A DNA stretch of 60,396 nt, taken from the NCBI GenBank assembly GCA_943324505.2, contig CALPLW020000001.1, forward strand, positions 1 to 60,396, in the 5' to 3' direction. The first letter of the stretch is position 1. Every line of letters starts with the position of its first letter. The DNA comes from Comamonas sp. lk. GTDB taxonomy: Bacteria; Pseudomonadota; Gammaproteobacteria; Burkholderiales; Burkholderiaceae_C. Under the pieces are notes generated by a model that did no database searches, was not told where the DNA came from, and saw nothing but the letters and a program-made list of their open reading frames with translations. Made by a program: the position numbers and the translations under genes. Of the stretch, positions 37,174 through 47,097 are shown piece after piece.

Positions 37174-38034
37174 ATGCGTGTGAGTGCGTCCTTGAAACGG
37201 GTTGTATCGATTTTTGGCATGGTCGTCTTGGGCTTGACCATGCTGGCGCCGGCTTTCGCTCAGCAAAGTACTGCGACTCTCAGGATCGGGGTCCTGCCCA
37301 ACGTCAGCGCCCGTTTGATTCTGACCACTTACCAGCCCGTGCGCGAGTATTTCGAGCGAGAGCTCAAACGCAGCGTTGACATCGCCACTGCGCCAGATTT
37401 CCGGTCTTTTGCCGAGAATACCCGGCGTGGAGATTACGACGTGATCGTGACGGCGGCCAACCTGGGGCGGGTGGCTCAAGTGGATAGCAACTGGCATCCG
37501 CTGGCCATCTACGACCCCAAGATCCCGGCCATCTTGGTGGCAATGGCGGACAACCCCAACCCTTCGGTCGCGCAGTTGCGTGGCAAATCTTTGGCTTTGG
37601 CCAACCCCCAATCGCTGGTGGCGCTGGCTGGCTTGGAGTGGCTGGGTGGCCAGGGCCTGCGCCAGGGTGCTGACTTCAAAACCGTGACCGCCGCCAATGA
37701 CGACAGTTTGGGCGCGGTGTTGCGGACGGGCGAGGCGCCACTTGCCATCATGAGCCTGGGCGAGTTCCGAGCCAAACCAGAGGCCATGCGCAACACTCTG
37801 CGCATCGTCACTGAAATCGCCAAATTGCCAGGCTTTCTGGTGATGGCCAACCCAGGTCTTGCCGCCGCTGAACTCCAACGACTGAAGACATTGACTCTGG
37901 CTTTTCCCCAAACAGAGGAGGGTAAAAAGTTCTTCGCCTTGTCGGGTTTTGCGAATATCCGTGACGTGGGTGAGCCCGAACTCAAAACCTTGGACGCCTT
38001 CAATGACGTCACGCGCAAGGGGCTGGCTGGCTGA
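37174..38034 (+). CDS. PhnD/phosphate-phosphonate-type periplasmic binding protein (orphan, no permease)
   Basis: Signal peptide, LRIGVLP......YQP..EY.E..L...V.I..A.DF..F and L.GK.LA...P.S pattern. Confidence 0.7.
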   Translation: MRVSASLKRVVSIFGMVVLGLTMLAPAFAQQSTATLRIGVLPNVSARLILTTYQPVREYFERELKRSVDIATAPDFRSFAENTRRGDYDVIVTAANLGRVAQVDSNWHPLAIYDPKIPAILVAMADNPNPSVAQLRGKSLALANPQSLVALAGLEWLGGQGLRQGADFKTVTAANDDSLGAVLRTGEAPLAIMSLGEFRAKPEAMRNTLRIVTEIAKLPGFLVMANPGLAAAELQRLKTLTLAFPQTEEGKKFFALSGFANIRDVGEPELKTLDAFNDVTRKGLAG

Positions 38035-38039
38035 AACGC

Positions 38040-40235
38040 ATGCGGGGGCGTCTTGGTCTGAAGGGCAAGCTGGTACTTGCCGGCATGGCGCTTCAGCTGT
38101 GTGTGCTGGCACTGGTGGGTGGCAGCACCTTCTGGTGGGTGGTTCGTTTTCTTGACGAGGATCAGCAGGCGAACGCACGGCAGATCAAGCCGCTGCTGGT
38201 GGCCGCGCTCGCGGTCCCCATGGCGCAGCGCGACTACGCCTCCGTCGCAGCCATCCTTAAGGAGAGTCGGACGGCCAGTGAGCTGGTTTTTCTGAGCGTG
38301 TGCGATGCAAGTGGGAATCTGATTGCCGAAGAGGGGGCGGCATCTCCAGCGACCGCCGATACGTCCAAGCGCCAGGCGGCCAATGTTCTGCACGATGAAT
38401 TTTCGGTTCCGCTCAGCCTGGGCGGCCAGGCATTGGGCGTCATCAAATTTGGCTTGTCACGCGTCGGAATCGAGCAGACTGCGCGCGGTGTGAGCGTCCA
38501 CGTCCTGCAGGTGGGCGCGGTGGCGCTGCTGGTATTTTCATTGCTGCTCTGGTGGATCAGCGTGGCCCTCACCCGGCCACTGCAAACGCTGGTGACGGCA
38601 ACCCGCGATATTCGGGCCGGCAATTACGACATCGACCTAGTGAGTGGTGGTCGGGATGAAATCGGCACCCTGGAGTCGGCTTTTATTCTCATGAACATGG
38701 AGATCCGGCGCAAGGTCGCTGAGTTGATCGAAAGCGAGGCTCTGCAACGCCGCTACCTGCAGGAGTCCCTGGCCAAGCAGGGGCAAATCGAACAGGCCTT
38801 GCAGCAGGCAGAGGACGCCACCACCGCCAAGTCGGAGTTTCTGGCCAACATGAGCCATGAAATTCGCACGCCGCTGAATGCCATTTTGGGTTTCTCGCAA
38901 TTGCTGCAGTCGGCGCCTTTGGAGGGCCCGCATCTTGAGTACATGGTCAACTTGCGTCAGGCGGGGGAGTCGCTGCTGCGCATCCTGAATGATGTGCTGG
39001 ATTATTCCAAGATGGAAGCTGGCCGGCTGGAGTTGGTCAACGAGAGCTTCGATCTGAAAGACCTGTTGAGCGCGGTCACTCAATTGTTTTCCTACCAGTT
39101 GCTGGAGAAAAACTTGTCCCTGCGGGTGCGGGTGGATGACGCCGTGCCGACGCACCTGATGGGCGACGCGCTGCGCTTGCGTCAAATCCTGATCAATCTG
39201 GTGGGTAATGCCTTCAAGTTCACAGAGCGCGGTGCGATCGAGATCACCGTGGAATGCCCGCACCGTACCGACGCGAGCCTGACCCTGAAGTTTTCGGTGA
39301 TTGATTCTGGCATTGGCATGAATGAACAGCAGGTGAGCCGCCTCTTCCACTCTTTTGCGCAAGCTGACAGCTCCATCACCCGTCGCTTTGGCGGCACTGG
39401 GCTGGGTCTGTCCATCTGCCGGCAACTGGTGGGGTTGATGGGCGGCGCCATCAGCGTTGAGAGCGTGCCCGGTGTCGGCTCATCGTTCAGTTTCACGGTT
39501 AATCTGTCAGAGTCACAGTCCCGTTTGGGTGCAGAACAGCCGGGGGAGGTGCCAGTGCCGGACGAGCTGGCGCCATTGCGTGGCCTGAGGGTGCTGCTGG
39601 TTGAGGACAATTCGGTCAACGTCATCGTGGCGCAAGCTTTTTTGGGTGGGTTGGGTATGCAGGTCACCATTGCGGTGGATGGCTTGCAGGCGGTCGAGCG
39701 GGCGCTGAGCGCGGCCTTTGACGTGATCCTGATGGATCTGCAATTGCCCGGGATTGACGGGTTGGAAGCAGCCCAACGGATTCGGAGCCAGTTGGGCGCT
39801 GCCGCGCCGCCGATCATCGCCCTGTCTGCGGCCGACATAAAAAGCGACCTTGGCGCCTGCCTGGCGGCAGGCATGGTGGACCATGTCTCGAAACCGATCA
39901 TGCGGGACCAACTCATCCGAGTGTTGCTCAAGTGGGTCGGTCGCCCCATGCCGACCGCCGTGGCCATCGAGGCTGGTCCTGCCGAGCTGGCGCTGGAGCA
40001 AGGCGGTATTGACCACAGCTTGCTGGCGCCGCAGTTGCGGGAACTCGAGCGCTTGCTGGCAAGCAATAGGCTGGCGGCGAAGCGACAACTTGACCAGATT
40101 GAGCCGCTGCTGGCTCAAACGGCCCTCGAGTTGCCCTTTGAGCCCGTCGCCCAGGCCACGCGCAAGCTGAAATTCAAGGTCGCCCTGGCGGCGCTAGCCC
40201 AATTCTCGGCTATGCTGGCAGCCAAGCCCCACTGA
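38040..40235 (+). CDS. Membrane hybrid sensor histidine kinase (HAMP-HisKA-HATPase-REC)
   Basis: Two TM segments, HAMP (RPL...DEIG.L..AF), [35 protein letters not shown] and REC (LVEDN, DLQLPG.DG, KP). Confidence 0.92.
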   Translation: MRGRLGLKGKLVLAGMALQLCVLALVGGSTFWWVVRFLDEDQQANARQIKPLLVAALAVPMAQRDYASVAAILKESRTASELVFLSVCDASGNLIAEEGAASPATADTSKRQAANVLHDEFSVPLSLGGQALGVIKFGLSRVGIEQTARGVSVHVLQVGAVALLVFSLLLWWISVALTRPLQTLVTATRDIRAGNYDIDLVSGGRDEIGTLESAFILMNMEIRRKVAELIESEALQRRYLQESLAKQGQIEQALQQAEDATTAKSEFLANMSHEIRTPLNAILGFSQLLQSAPLEGPHLEYMVNLRQAGESLLRILNDVLDYSKMEAGRLELVNESFDLKDLLSAVTQLFSYQLLEKNLSLRVRVDDAVPTHLMGDALRLRQILINLVGNAFKFTERGAIEITVECPHRTDASLTLKFSVIDSGIGMNEQQVSRLFHSFAQADSSITRRFGGTGLGLSICRQLVGLMGGAISVESVPGVGSSFSFTVNLSESQSRLGAEQPGEVPVPDELAPLRGLRVLLVEDNSVNVIVAQAFLGGLGMQVTIAVDGLQAVERALSAAFDVILMDLQLPGIDGLEAAQRIRSQLGAAAPPIIALSAADIKSDLGACLAAGMVDHVSKPIMRDQLIRVLLKWVGRPMPTAVAIEAGPAELALEQGGIDHSLLAPQLRELERLLASNRLAAKRQLDQIEPLLAQTALELPFEPVAQATRKLKFKVALAALAQFSAMLAAKPH

Positions 40236-40242
40236 CCCCGCC

Positions 40243-42984
40243 ATGCCGACCGAAGCCCGAATACTCATCATCGACGACATTGTCGAGAACGTGGAGGTTC
40301 TCGGGGAGGTCCTGGCCAGCCACTACGACGTTCAGTTCGCCACGTCGGGCACTGAGGGCTTGGCATTGGTCAGGCACCAGCGGCCGGACCTGATCCTGCT
40401 GGACGTGATGATGCCCGGCATGGATGGGTATGCGGTGTGTGCCGTGCTCAAAGCTGACCCGGACATGCGGAGCATCCCGGTGATCTTTGTCACTGCCAAA
40501 AGCGATGCCGAAAGCGAATCCCGTGCCCTGGCCGAGGGCGCTGTGGATTTCATCCATAAGCCGATTAACCAAGAGGTGGTACTGGCCCGGGTAGCCTTGC
40601 ACCTTGCCCTGAAAAATCGTGAAGACGAGCTGAGTAGGCTCAACGGGGACCTGGAGCAAATTGTGGCGCAGCGCACGCTGGCCTTGCGCGACGCCCTGAC
40701 CCAGGCCGAGAGCGCAACCCGCATGAAGTCGGATTTTCTGGCCAACATGAGCCATGAGATTCGAACCCCCATGAACGCCATCATTGGCATGACGCACCTG
40801 ATCCAGGGCACTGAACTCACACCCCGGCAACGCAATTACCTGGGCAGGATCGAGGCCTCCGGCCACCATCTGCTGGGCATCATCAACGACATCCTTGACC
40901 TGTCGAAAATTCAGGCCGGCAAGATGAGCACGGAAGTCGTCGACTTCAAGCTGGAGCACCTGCTGGATAACGTGGTCGGCTTGGTGGCCGAAAAAGCAGC
41001 CGATAAGGGTCTGGAGTTGGTTGTGAACATCGCGCGTGACGTGCCGCCAAACCTGCTTGGCGATCCACTGCGTCTGGGACAGATTTTGATCAACTACGCC
41101 AATAACGCCGTCAAATTTACCGACCGAGGCGAGGTCGAGATCTCGGTGTCGGTGGTCAAGCGCCATGGTCATGAGGTGGTGTTGCGCTTTGCCGTGCGCG
41201 ACACAGGTATCGGGATAGACGAGGTCCAGCGCCAAAAATTGTTCAAAGATTTTGAGCAGGGCGACAGCTCCACCACCCGAAAATATGGCGGCACTGGCCT
41301 GGGGCTGGCCATTGTTAGCCGCTTGGTCGAGCTGATGGGAGGTCAGTTCGGCATGGACAGCCAACCTGGCCTCGGTTCAACGTTCTGGTTTACCGTGCCC
41401 CTGGAAACGCGTGGAGCGGTGCCCACGCTCACGATTGCGGCAGACGCGGCCCACATCTGGCGCGTCCTGGTGGTGGACGACAACGCCAGTGCACGTGCGC
41501 GCCTGAGCGACATGCTCACAGGCATGAGGTTCAGCGTCGACACGGCCGAAGGTGGCGCCGCTGCCTTGGAGGCTATTCGCACTGCCCAGGAACGGGAGCA
41601 AACCTATGACGTGGTGTTGTTGGATTGGAAAATGCCAGATATGACGGGCGTGGACGTGGCGCGTCAGATCCGAGCCATGGCCATCACCAAGCCGCCGCAC
41701 CTGTGCCTGGTGATGGCATTTGGGCGCGAGCACCTTTACGCCTCGGCAAAGCCCGAGGGCCTGGACAGCCTGTTGGTCAAGCCGGTTAGTCCCTCGGTGC
41801 TGTTTGATCACATGATGCGGGTGCTGGGGCGCGAAGCATTCCAGACCCAGCCTGGTCAGGCCACCACCGCGATGAACCTCGACGCACTGCGAGGCGCCAG
41901 TGTGTTGCTGGTGGAAGACAACGAGATCAACCGGGAAGTTGCCAGCGAGATGCTGCAAGATGCCGGCATTCGCGTGACCACTGCCGAGCATGGCCAGCAG
42001 GCGCTTGACCGCCTGCTGATGGGTGAACTGTTTGATATTGTTCTGATGGATATGCAGATGCCGGTGCTCGACGGGCTGGCCGCCACGGCGGCGATTCGGG
42101 CTCTTCCCGCGCATGCGGCATTGCCAATTGTGGCCATGACGGCCAACGCCATGGCAACGGATCGGCAGCGTTGCCTGGATGCAGGCATGAATGATTTTGT
42201 AGCCAAGCCGATTGACCCCAAACAGCTCTGGGGCGCCCTGTTGCGCTGGATGCCGCGACGTTCCGTGGCCAGCCGGGCGGGCGCGACGGCGACCGCGCCA
42301 CTGCCGTCAAGCGGGTTCGAAAGGCCCCAAGAAGCGCTGTTGCCGCTGCCCTGGATGATCGACGGGCTCGATGCCGTTCTGGGCTTGCGCCGTTGTCTGG
42401 GCAAGCCAGAGCTTTACCGTTCGCTGCTCAGACAGTTCATCGAGCGGCAAGGCAATGTCGGCCAGGAATTACAGCAGGCGATCGATCAGGCGCAATGGGT
42501 CACCGCCCAGCGTCTGGCGCATACCCTCAAGAGCGTGTCGGGCAACCTGGGAGCGGTCCAGCTACAGGAAAAAGCCGAGGTGTTGGAGCGCAGCCTTAGC
42601 GTGCACCAGGGTGCACCGGTGGAGCGGGCCGCCTTGACGCAACAGATCAACGAGGTTGACCAAAGCATGCATATCCTGACCAAGCAACTTGGTGCGGCCC
42701 TGGGTCTGGCCAAGCCGCGCGTGCTGCCGGCTGAGCCTGTCGGTGGCACTGAGGGCATCGCTTTGCAGGCCGTTTATGCCGATTTGGTTCGGTCGCTGAC
42801 TCAGGGGGAGTTTGGTGCCGTCGAACTGCTAGAACGCCATAGCGGCCAGCTCGCGCACGCCATGGGGACTGACTTTGATCGCCTTGTGCGTGCGGTGGAG
42901 GTCTTCGATTTTGACAGCGCGCTGCTGATTCTTGGCAGCTTGGTAATCAGCGATCAGTCAACGGTGAAAGCGACCCATGAATAA
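40243..42984 (+). CDS. Cytoplasmic hybrid histidine kinase (REC-HisKA-HATPase-REC-REC-Hpt)
   Basis: N-terminal REC (ILIIDD, LLDVMMP), [17 protein letters not shown], two further RECs (LVVDD/LLDWKMP and LVEDN/MDMQMP) and Hpt ([13 protein letters not shown]). Confidence 0.92.
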   Translation: MPTEARILIIDDIVENVEVLGEVLASHYDVQFATSGTEGLALVRHQRPDLILLDVMMPGMDGYAVCAVLKADPDMRSIPVIFVTAKSDAESESRALAEGAVDFIHKPINQEVVLARVALHLALKNREDELSRLNGDLEQIVAQRTLALRDALTQAESATRMKSDFLANMSHEIRTPMNAIIGMTHLIQGTELTPRQRNYLGRIEASGHHLLGIINDILDLSKIQAGKMSTEVVDFKLEHLLDNVVGLVAEKAADKGLELVVNIARDVPPNLLGDPLRLGQILINYANNAVKFTDRGEVEISVSVVKRHGHEVVLRFAVRDTGIGIDEVQRQKLFKDFEQGDSSTTRKYGGTGLGLAIVSRLVELMGGQFGMDSQPGLGSTFWFTVPLETRGAVPTLTIAADAAHIWRVLVVDDNASARARLSDMLTGMRFSVDTAEGGAAALEAIRTAQEREQTYDVVLLDWKMPDMTGVDVARQIRAMAITKPPHLCLVMAFGREHLYASAKPEGLDSLLVKPVSPSVLFDHMMRVLGREAFQTQPGQATTAMNLDALRGASVLLVEDNEINREVASEMLQDAGIRVTTAEHGQQALDRLLMGELFDIVLMDMQMPVLDGLAATAAIRALPAHAALPIVAMTANAMATDRQRCLDAGMNDFVAKPIDPKQLWGALLRWMPRRSVASRAGATATAPLPSSGFERPQEALLPLPWMIDGLDAVLGLRRCLGKPELYRSLLRQFIERQGNVGQELQQAIDQAQWVTAQRLAHTLKSVSGNLGAVQLQEKAEVLERSLSVHQGAPVERAALTQQINEVDQSMHILTKQLGAALGLAKPRVLPAEPVGGTEGIALQAVYADLVRSLTQGEFGAVELLERHSGQLAHAMGTDFDRLVRAVEVFDFDSALLILGSLVISDQSTVKATHE

Positions 42985-44089
42985 CAGTGTCCTCCAAGCC
43001 GAGACCAAGGCGACGGTCATGTTGGTGGATGACACGCCGCAAAATCTCGTTCTGATGACCGAGTTGCTGCGGGAAGATTACCGGATCCTGGTGGCCAATG
43101 GGGGTGAGCGTGCGCTCACGCTATTGGGCAGCGAGACCTTGCCAGACCTGATCCTGCTTGACGTCATGATGCCTGACCTGGATGGTCATGAGGTGCTGCG
43201 GCGCATCAAGGCAAACCCCGCCACCTGCGATATTCCGGTGATATTCCTGACGGCCAAGTCGGACTTGGCGGACGAGATCCTGGGGCTGCAATTGGGCGCG
43301 GTGGATTACATCACCAAGCCGATCAGTGCACCGATTGTTCAGGCGCGGGTGCGTACCCACCTGGCGCTCAAGGCCGCCGCTGATTTTTTGCGTGACAAGT
43401 CCGTTTACCTGGAGTCCGAAGTGACCCGCCGGACCAGGCAGCTCAGCGCCATTCAGGACGTGACGGTGTTGGCCATGTCGTCCATGGCGGAGACTCGGGA
43501 CAATGAAACCGGCAACCATATCCTGCGCACGCAACGTTATGTGAAGCGCTTGGCGCTGCAGTTACAGGAGCATCCCCGGTTTAGTCAGGTGATGGGCGAT
43601 GCCTACATTGATCTCTTGTTCAAGTCGGCGCCGCTGCACGACATCGGCAAGGTCGGCATTCCCGACCATATTTTGCTCAAGCCAGGCCCTCTGACTGCAG
43701 CTGAATTCGAGGTCATGAAGACACACACCACCATCGGCTTTGATTCGATCGTGCGCGCCGAGAAAGCCCTGGGGGTGCAGGTGGACTTTCTCTTGCTGGC
43801 CAAGGAAATCGCCCTGTCGCATCAGGAAAAATGGGACGGCAGCGGCTACCCGCAGGGTCTGGTCGGTGACGCTATTCCTCTGTCAGCCCGCCTGATGGCG
43901 GTGGCCGACGTCTACGATGCCCTGATCAGCAAGCGGGTGTACAAAGACGCGATGACGCATGAGCAGGCCATGGCCATCATGGGCAAAGGGCGAGGCTCGC
44001 ATTTTGACCCCGACATCCTCGATGCATTTTTTGATACGCATGAGGATTTCCGCGCCATTGCCGCACAGTACACCGACGAAGGCATTTAG
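42977..44089 (+). CDS. REC + HD-GYP response regulator (RpfG-like c-di-GMP phosphodiesterase)
   Basis: REC followed by ETGNHI.R, LHDIGK, HQEKWDGSGYP, ADVYDAL and HFDP. Confidence 0.92.
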   Translation: MNNSVLQAETKATVMLVDDTPQNLVLMTELLREDYRILVANGGERALTLLGSETLPDLILLDVMMPDLDGHEVLRRIKANPATCDIPVIFLTAKSDLADEILGLQLGAVDYITKPISAPIVQARVRTHLALKAAADFLRDKSVYLESEVTRRTRQLSAIQDVTVLAMSSMAETRDNETGNHILRTQRYVKRLALQLQEHPRFSQVMGDAYIDLLFKSAPLHDIGKVGIPDHILLKPGPLTAAEFEVMKTHTTIGFDSIVRAEKALGVQVDFLLLAKEIALSHQEKWDGSGYPQGLVGDAIPLSARLMAVADVYDALISKRVYKDAMTHEQAMAIMGKGRGSHFDPDILDAFFDTHEDFRAIAAQYTDEGI

Positions 44090-44094
44090 CGGCC

Positions 44095-44175
44095 GTGAGC
44101 GATGATTAAAACAAGACCGATGGAGACCGTGGCCTGGAGAATATTGATCGCACAGTGATTCTGGTGGTGGACGAA
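44095..44175 (+). pseudogene. Possible 5' remnant of a further receiver-domain gene
   Basis: A GTG 5 nt after the HD-GYP stop reads [31 protein letters not shown] is the REC beta-1 motif; similarity ends just before the IS5 remnant. Confidence 0.3.
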
Positions 44176-44212
44176 CGACGAAGCGACGCAGAGGCTTCGC
44201 GAACAGCGCCAT

Positions 44213-44327
44213 GTGGAGCCATCCGTTTCGGGTGATCAAGCGCCAGTTCGGCTTTGTGAAGGTGCGCTACAGGGGGCTTGCGAAGAACACGGCGCAACTC
44301 GAGACCTTGTGTGCGCTGTCGAACCTG
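44213..44327 (+). mobile_element. IS5-family transposase C-terminal remnant
   Basis: VE(+1 frameshift)[36 protein letters not shown] is the characteristic IS5 transposase C-terminus. No N-terminus or inverted repeats were recognised. Confidence 0.85.
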
Positions 44328-44351
44328 TCTTACGGACGGGCCTACTTGAAT

Positions 44352-44783
44352 TCAATCGATCCATTTACCGTAGCACAGGAAATCCCTGACTGCGGACATT
44401 GCTACGCCTTCAGCTTGCAAAGCTTGATTTGCTATGTTTAAGAAACGCTGCTCATCAACCTCTATGGATGCCATCGACCAGTCACTGAAGTCACGGGCCA
44501 CAACGGCATTGAATCTTAAAAGAAGAAAGTCCGAATGACGTGGGTCATTTTCAATGACTTTAAAGAGTGAATTGACATTGGCTGCAGAGCCTTCAAGCAC
44601 TTGAAGAAACCAGCCTGAATGTGAGATCAGAACCCCCGTGATTCCGCGCTTAGGGTTGTTGCGCAGACATGTGGCCATTAATTTCTCGTAGTCAGCACCC
44701 TCTATCAGTGAACGGCTTCGGTACACCAATTGAATGAGTTGTTGATCAAAGGCTTGTATTGAATCGGTAAAAGAGGAAGTCAT
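44352..44783 (-). CDS. Stand-alone BLUF-domain blue-light sensor
   Basis: LVYRS (Tyr), RNN...GITGVL, FLQVLEG (Gln), DPRH and R.FSDWSM (Trp/Met) motifs. Visibly AT-richer than its neighbours. Confidence 0.9.
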   Translation of the reverse strand: MTSSFTDSIQAFDQQLIQLVYRSRSLIEGADYEKLMATCLRNNPKRGITGVLISHSGWFLQVLEGSAANVNSLFKVIENDPRHSDFLLLRFNAVVARDFSDWSMASIEVDEQRFLNIANQALQAEGVAMSAVRDFLCYGKWID

Positions 44784-44949
44784 TTCTCAAACCTTTGCTG
44801 TTAAATCACCTTTGGGGCCATCAGTAAGATTCGTTACAGTGAACCGGCCCCTGTTTGACGTACCGCTTAGCCGTTCCATTATGCGGCTTTCAATTGGCCC
44901 CATTCTTTAATGCTGATAGACAACAGGGGTTGGCTGGATGGGAGTTGGC

Positions 44950-45399
44950 TCAATAGGGGTTGGCAAAGCCAAGCCGTGACAGGATGGCGGTTTCTTGCGC
45001 TTCCATGGCCAGGGCGTCGGCCTCGCTGGTTTCATGGTCCCAGCCCTGCGCGTGCAAGGCACCATGCACCAGCAGGTGCGCATAGTGGGCCCGCAGGGGC
45101 TTGCCTTGCAACAGGGCCTCACTGGCCACCACTGGCGCGCACAGCACCAGGTCGGCCATGACCAGCGGCGCCTGGGCGTAGTCAAAGGTCAGCACGTTGG
45201 TGGCGTAGTCCTTGTGCCGGTAATCACGGTTCAGTGCCCGGCCTTCTTCGGCGTCCACGATGCGCACCGTGATTTCAGCATCGCGGCTAAGCGCATGCCG
45301 CAGCCAGCGTGTCACCTGGTGTCGCGGCAGGGCGGTGCGGTGCTGCGCCAGCGCGGTCAGCCGGCCAAACTGCAGTGACAGGGTTAAAGACTTGAGCAT
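44950..45399 (-). CDS. ybeY: rRNA maturation endoribonuclease YbeY
   Basis: [15 protein letters not shown] and [15 protein letters not shown] (H3xH5xH) motifs. Confidence 0.95.
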   Translation of the reverse strand: MLKSLTLSLQFGRLTALAQHRTALPRHQVTRWLRHALSRDAEITVRIVDAEEGRALNRDYRHKDYATNVLTFDYAQAPLVMADLVLCAPVVASEALLQGKPLRAHYAHLLVHGALHAQGWDHETSEADALAMEAQETAILSRLGFANPY

Positions 45400-45411
45400 G
45401 AATTAAGGGTT

Positions 45412-45465
45412 AAAAGCGGCCCTAGGCCACGCCGTTATTAGGGTTTGAGCTATGGTTTTAGTAGC
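45412..45465. repeat. 54-bp dispersed motif, copy B (phoH-ybeY intergenic)
   Basis: aaaagcggccCTAGgccacgccgttattagggtttgAGCTatggttttagTAGC. Confidence 0.6.
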
Positions 45466-45472
45466 AAATCGG

Positions 45473-46420
45473 CTAACCGTCTTTTCGCCCGGTGGGCCGG
45501 GCCGGTGCATCGTAGGCGTCCACAATGCGGGCGACCAGCGGGTGGCGCACCACGTCAGCGCTGGTGAAGCGGCAAATGGCGATGCCTTGCACCCGTTTGA
45601 GCACCCGCTCGGCATCGATCAGGCCACTGAGTTGGGTCTTGGGCAGGTCGATCTGGCTCACATCGCCGGTCACCACCGCGCGGGAGCCAAAGCCGATCCG
45701 GGTCAGAAACATCTTCATTTGCTCTGGCGTTGTGTTTTGGGCCTCGTCCAGAATCACAAACGCATTGTTCAGGGTGCGCCCTCGCATGAACGCCAGGGGC
45801 GCGATCTCCAGCGCCTGGCGCTCAAACGCCTTGTGCACTGCGTCGAACCCCATCAGCTCGTACAAGGCGTCGTACAGGGGGCGCAAGTAGGGGTCCACCT
45901 TCTGGCTCAGGTCACCCGGCAAAAAGCCCAGCCTTTCGCCGGCTTCCACGGCTGGGCGGGTCAGGACGATGCGCTGCACTGCGCTGCGTTGCAGGGCGTC
46001 CACGGCCATGGCGACCGCCAGGTAGGTTTTGCCGGTGCCGGCCGGGCCAATGCCAAAGGTGATGTCCTGGGAGGCGATGTTGTCCAGGTACAGCGCCTGG
46101 TTGGGGGTGCGTGCGCGCAGGTCACTGCGCCGGGTTTGCAGAGTGGGGTGGTCGGCGCCGTCCATGGCCCCATCGCCGGCCAGCATCAGTTGCACGGTGG
46201 CTGCTTCGATCGGGCGGGCGGCTAGTTCGTACAGCGCCTGCAGCAGCTCCATGCCGCGCTTGGCCTGGGCTTTGGTGCCGTCGACCTTAAACTGCTCGTG
46301 CCGGTGCGCAATCTTGACCTGCAATGCCACCTCGATGCTGCGCAGATGGGCGTCGGTTGGGCCACACAGGTGTGACAGGCGGGTGTTGTTCAGAGGGGAA
46401 AACAGGTGGCGCAGGATCAA
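45473..46420 (-). CDS. phoH: PhoH-like ATPase (YbeZ)
   Basis: [36 protein letters not shown] and DVVRH motifs. Start set to TTG 46420 to avoid overlap with ruvA. Confidence 0.92.
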   Translation of the reverse strand: MILRHLFSPLNNTRLSHLCGPTDAHLRSIEVALQVKIAHRHEQFKVDGTKAQAKRGMELLQALYELAARPIEAATVQLMLAGDGAMDGADHPTLQTRRSDLRARTPNQALYLDNIASQDITFGIGPAGTGKTYLAVAMAVDALQRSAVQRIVLTRPAVEAGERLGFLPGDLSQKVDPYLRPLYDALYELMGFDAVHKAFERQALEIAPLAFMRGRTLNNAFVILDEAQNTTPEQMKMFLTRIGFGSRAVVTGDVSQIDLPKTQLSGLIDAERVLKRVQGIAICRFTSADVVRHPLVARIVDAYDAPARPTGRKDG

Positions 46421-46460
46421 GCTGATAATTCCTTCAAAAGGCTTCAATGATAGGCATGAA

Positions 46461-47033
46461 ATGATCGGCAAACTCACCGGCACGCTCGACGACAAGAATC
46501 CGCCCCAGATCCTGATCGATTGTCACGGCGTCGGCTACGAGGTGCAGGTGCCGATGAGCACCTTTTATAACCTGCCGGAGCGCGGTCAGACGGTCAGCCT
46601 GATGACGCATTTTGTGGTGCGCGAAGACGCCCAACTGCTGTACGGCTTTGCCACGGCAGGTGAACGCGAGGCATTTCGCCAACTGATCAAGATCGCCGGC
46701 GTGGGGCCCCGCACCGCGCTGTCGGTGCTGTCGGGCATGAGCGTGACCGAGCTGGCGCAGGCGGTGACCGTGCAGGAGGCGGGGCGGCTGGTCAAGGTGC
46801 CCGGCATTGGCAAGAAAACCGCCGAGCGGCTCCTGCTGGAGCTCAAGGGCAAGCTCGGGCCCGACATCGGCCTGGCGGCCGGCCCCAGCAGCGATGCCCA
46901 ATCTGACATCCTGCAAGCGCTGCTGGCCCTGGGCTACAACGACCGCGAAGCCGCCGCCGCCCTGAAGGCCTTACCCAACGACGTCGGCGTCAGCGAAGGC
47001 ATCAAACTCGCCCTCAAGGCCCTGGCCAAGTAA
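46461..47033 (+). CDS. ruvA: Holliday junction branch migration protein RuvA
   Basis: [38 protein letters not shown] and ALLALGY motifs. Confidence 0.97.
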   Translation: MIGKLTGTLDDKNPPQILIDCHGVGYEVQVPMSTFYNLPERGQTVSLMTHFVVREDAQLLYGFATAGEREAFRQLIKIAGVGPRTALSVLSGMSVTELAQAVTVQEAGRLVKVPGIGKKTAERLLLELKGKLGPDIGLAAGPSSDAQSDILQALLALGYNDREAAAALKALPNDVGVSEGIKLALKALAK

Positions 47034-47044
47034 ATCAGCGAAAC

Positions 47045-47092
47045 GGCCCCCTCGGGGGGCAGCGACCCACACAAGGTGGTGGAGCGTGGGGG
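47045..47092. repeat. REP-like palindromic element between convergent ruvA and carbonic anhydrase
   Basis: GCCCCCTCGGGGGGC hairpin followed by AGCG...AGCGTGGGGG. Single copy in the window; it resembles intergenic repeats I associate with Comamonadaceae. Confidence 0.4.
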
Positions 47093-47097
47093 CTACT

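Noticed and set aside
44211-44441. 76-aa ORF as a functional transposase
   Set aside because: Only the C-terminal ~38 residues match IS5, with a frameshift. The rest overlaps the BLUF gene.
46421-46460. LexA (SOS) box upstream of ruvA
   Set aside because: No CTGT-N8-ACAG match in the 40-bp phoH-ruvA spacer.
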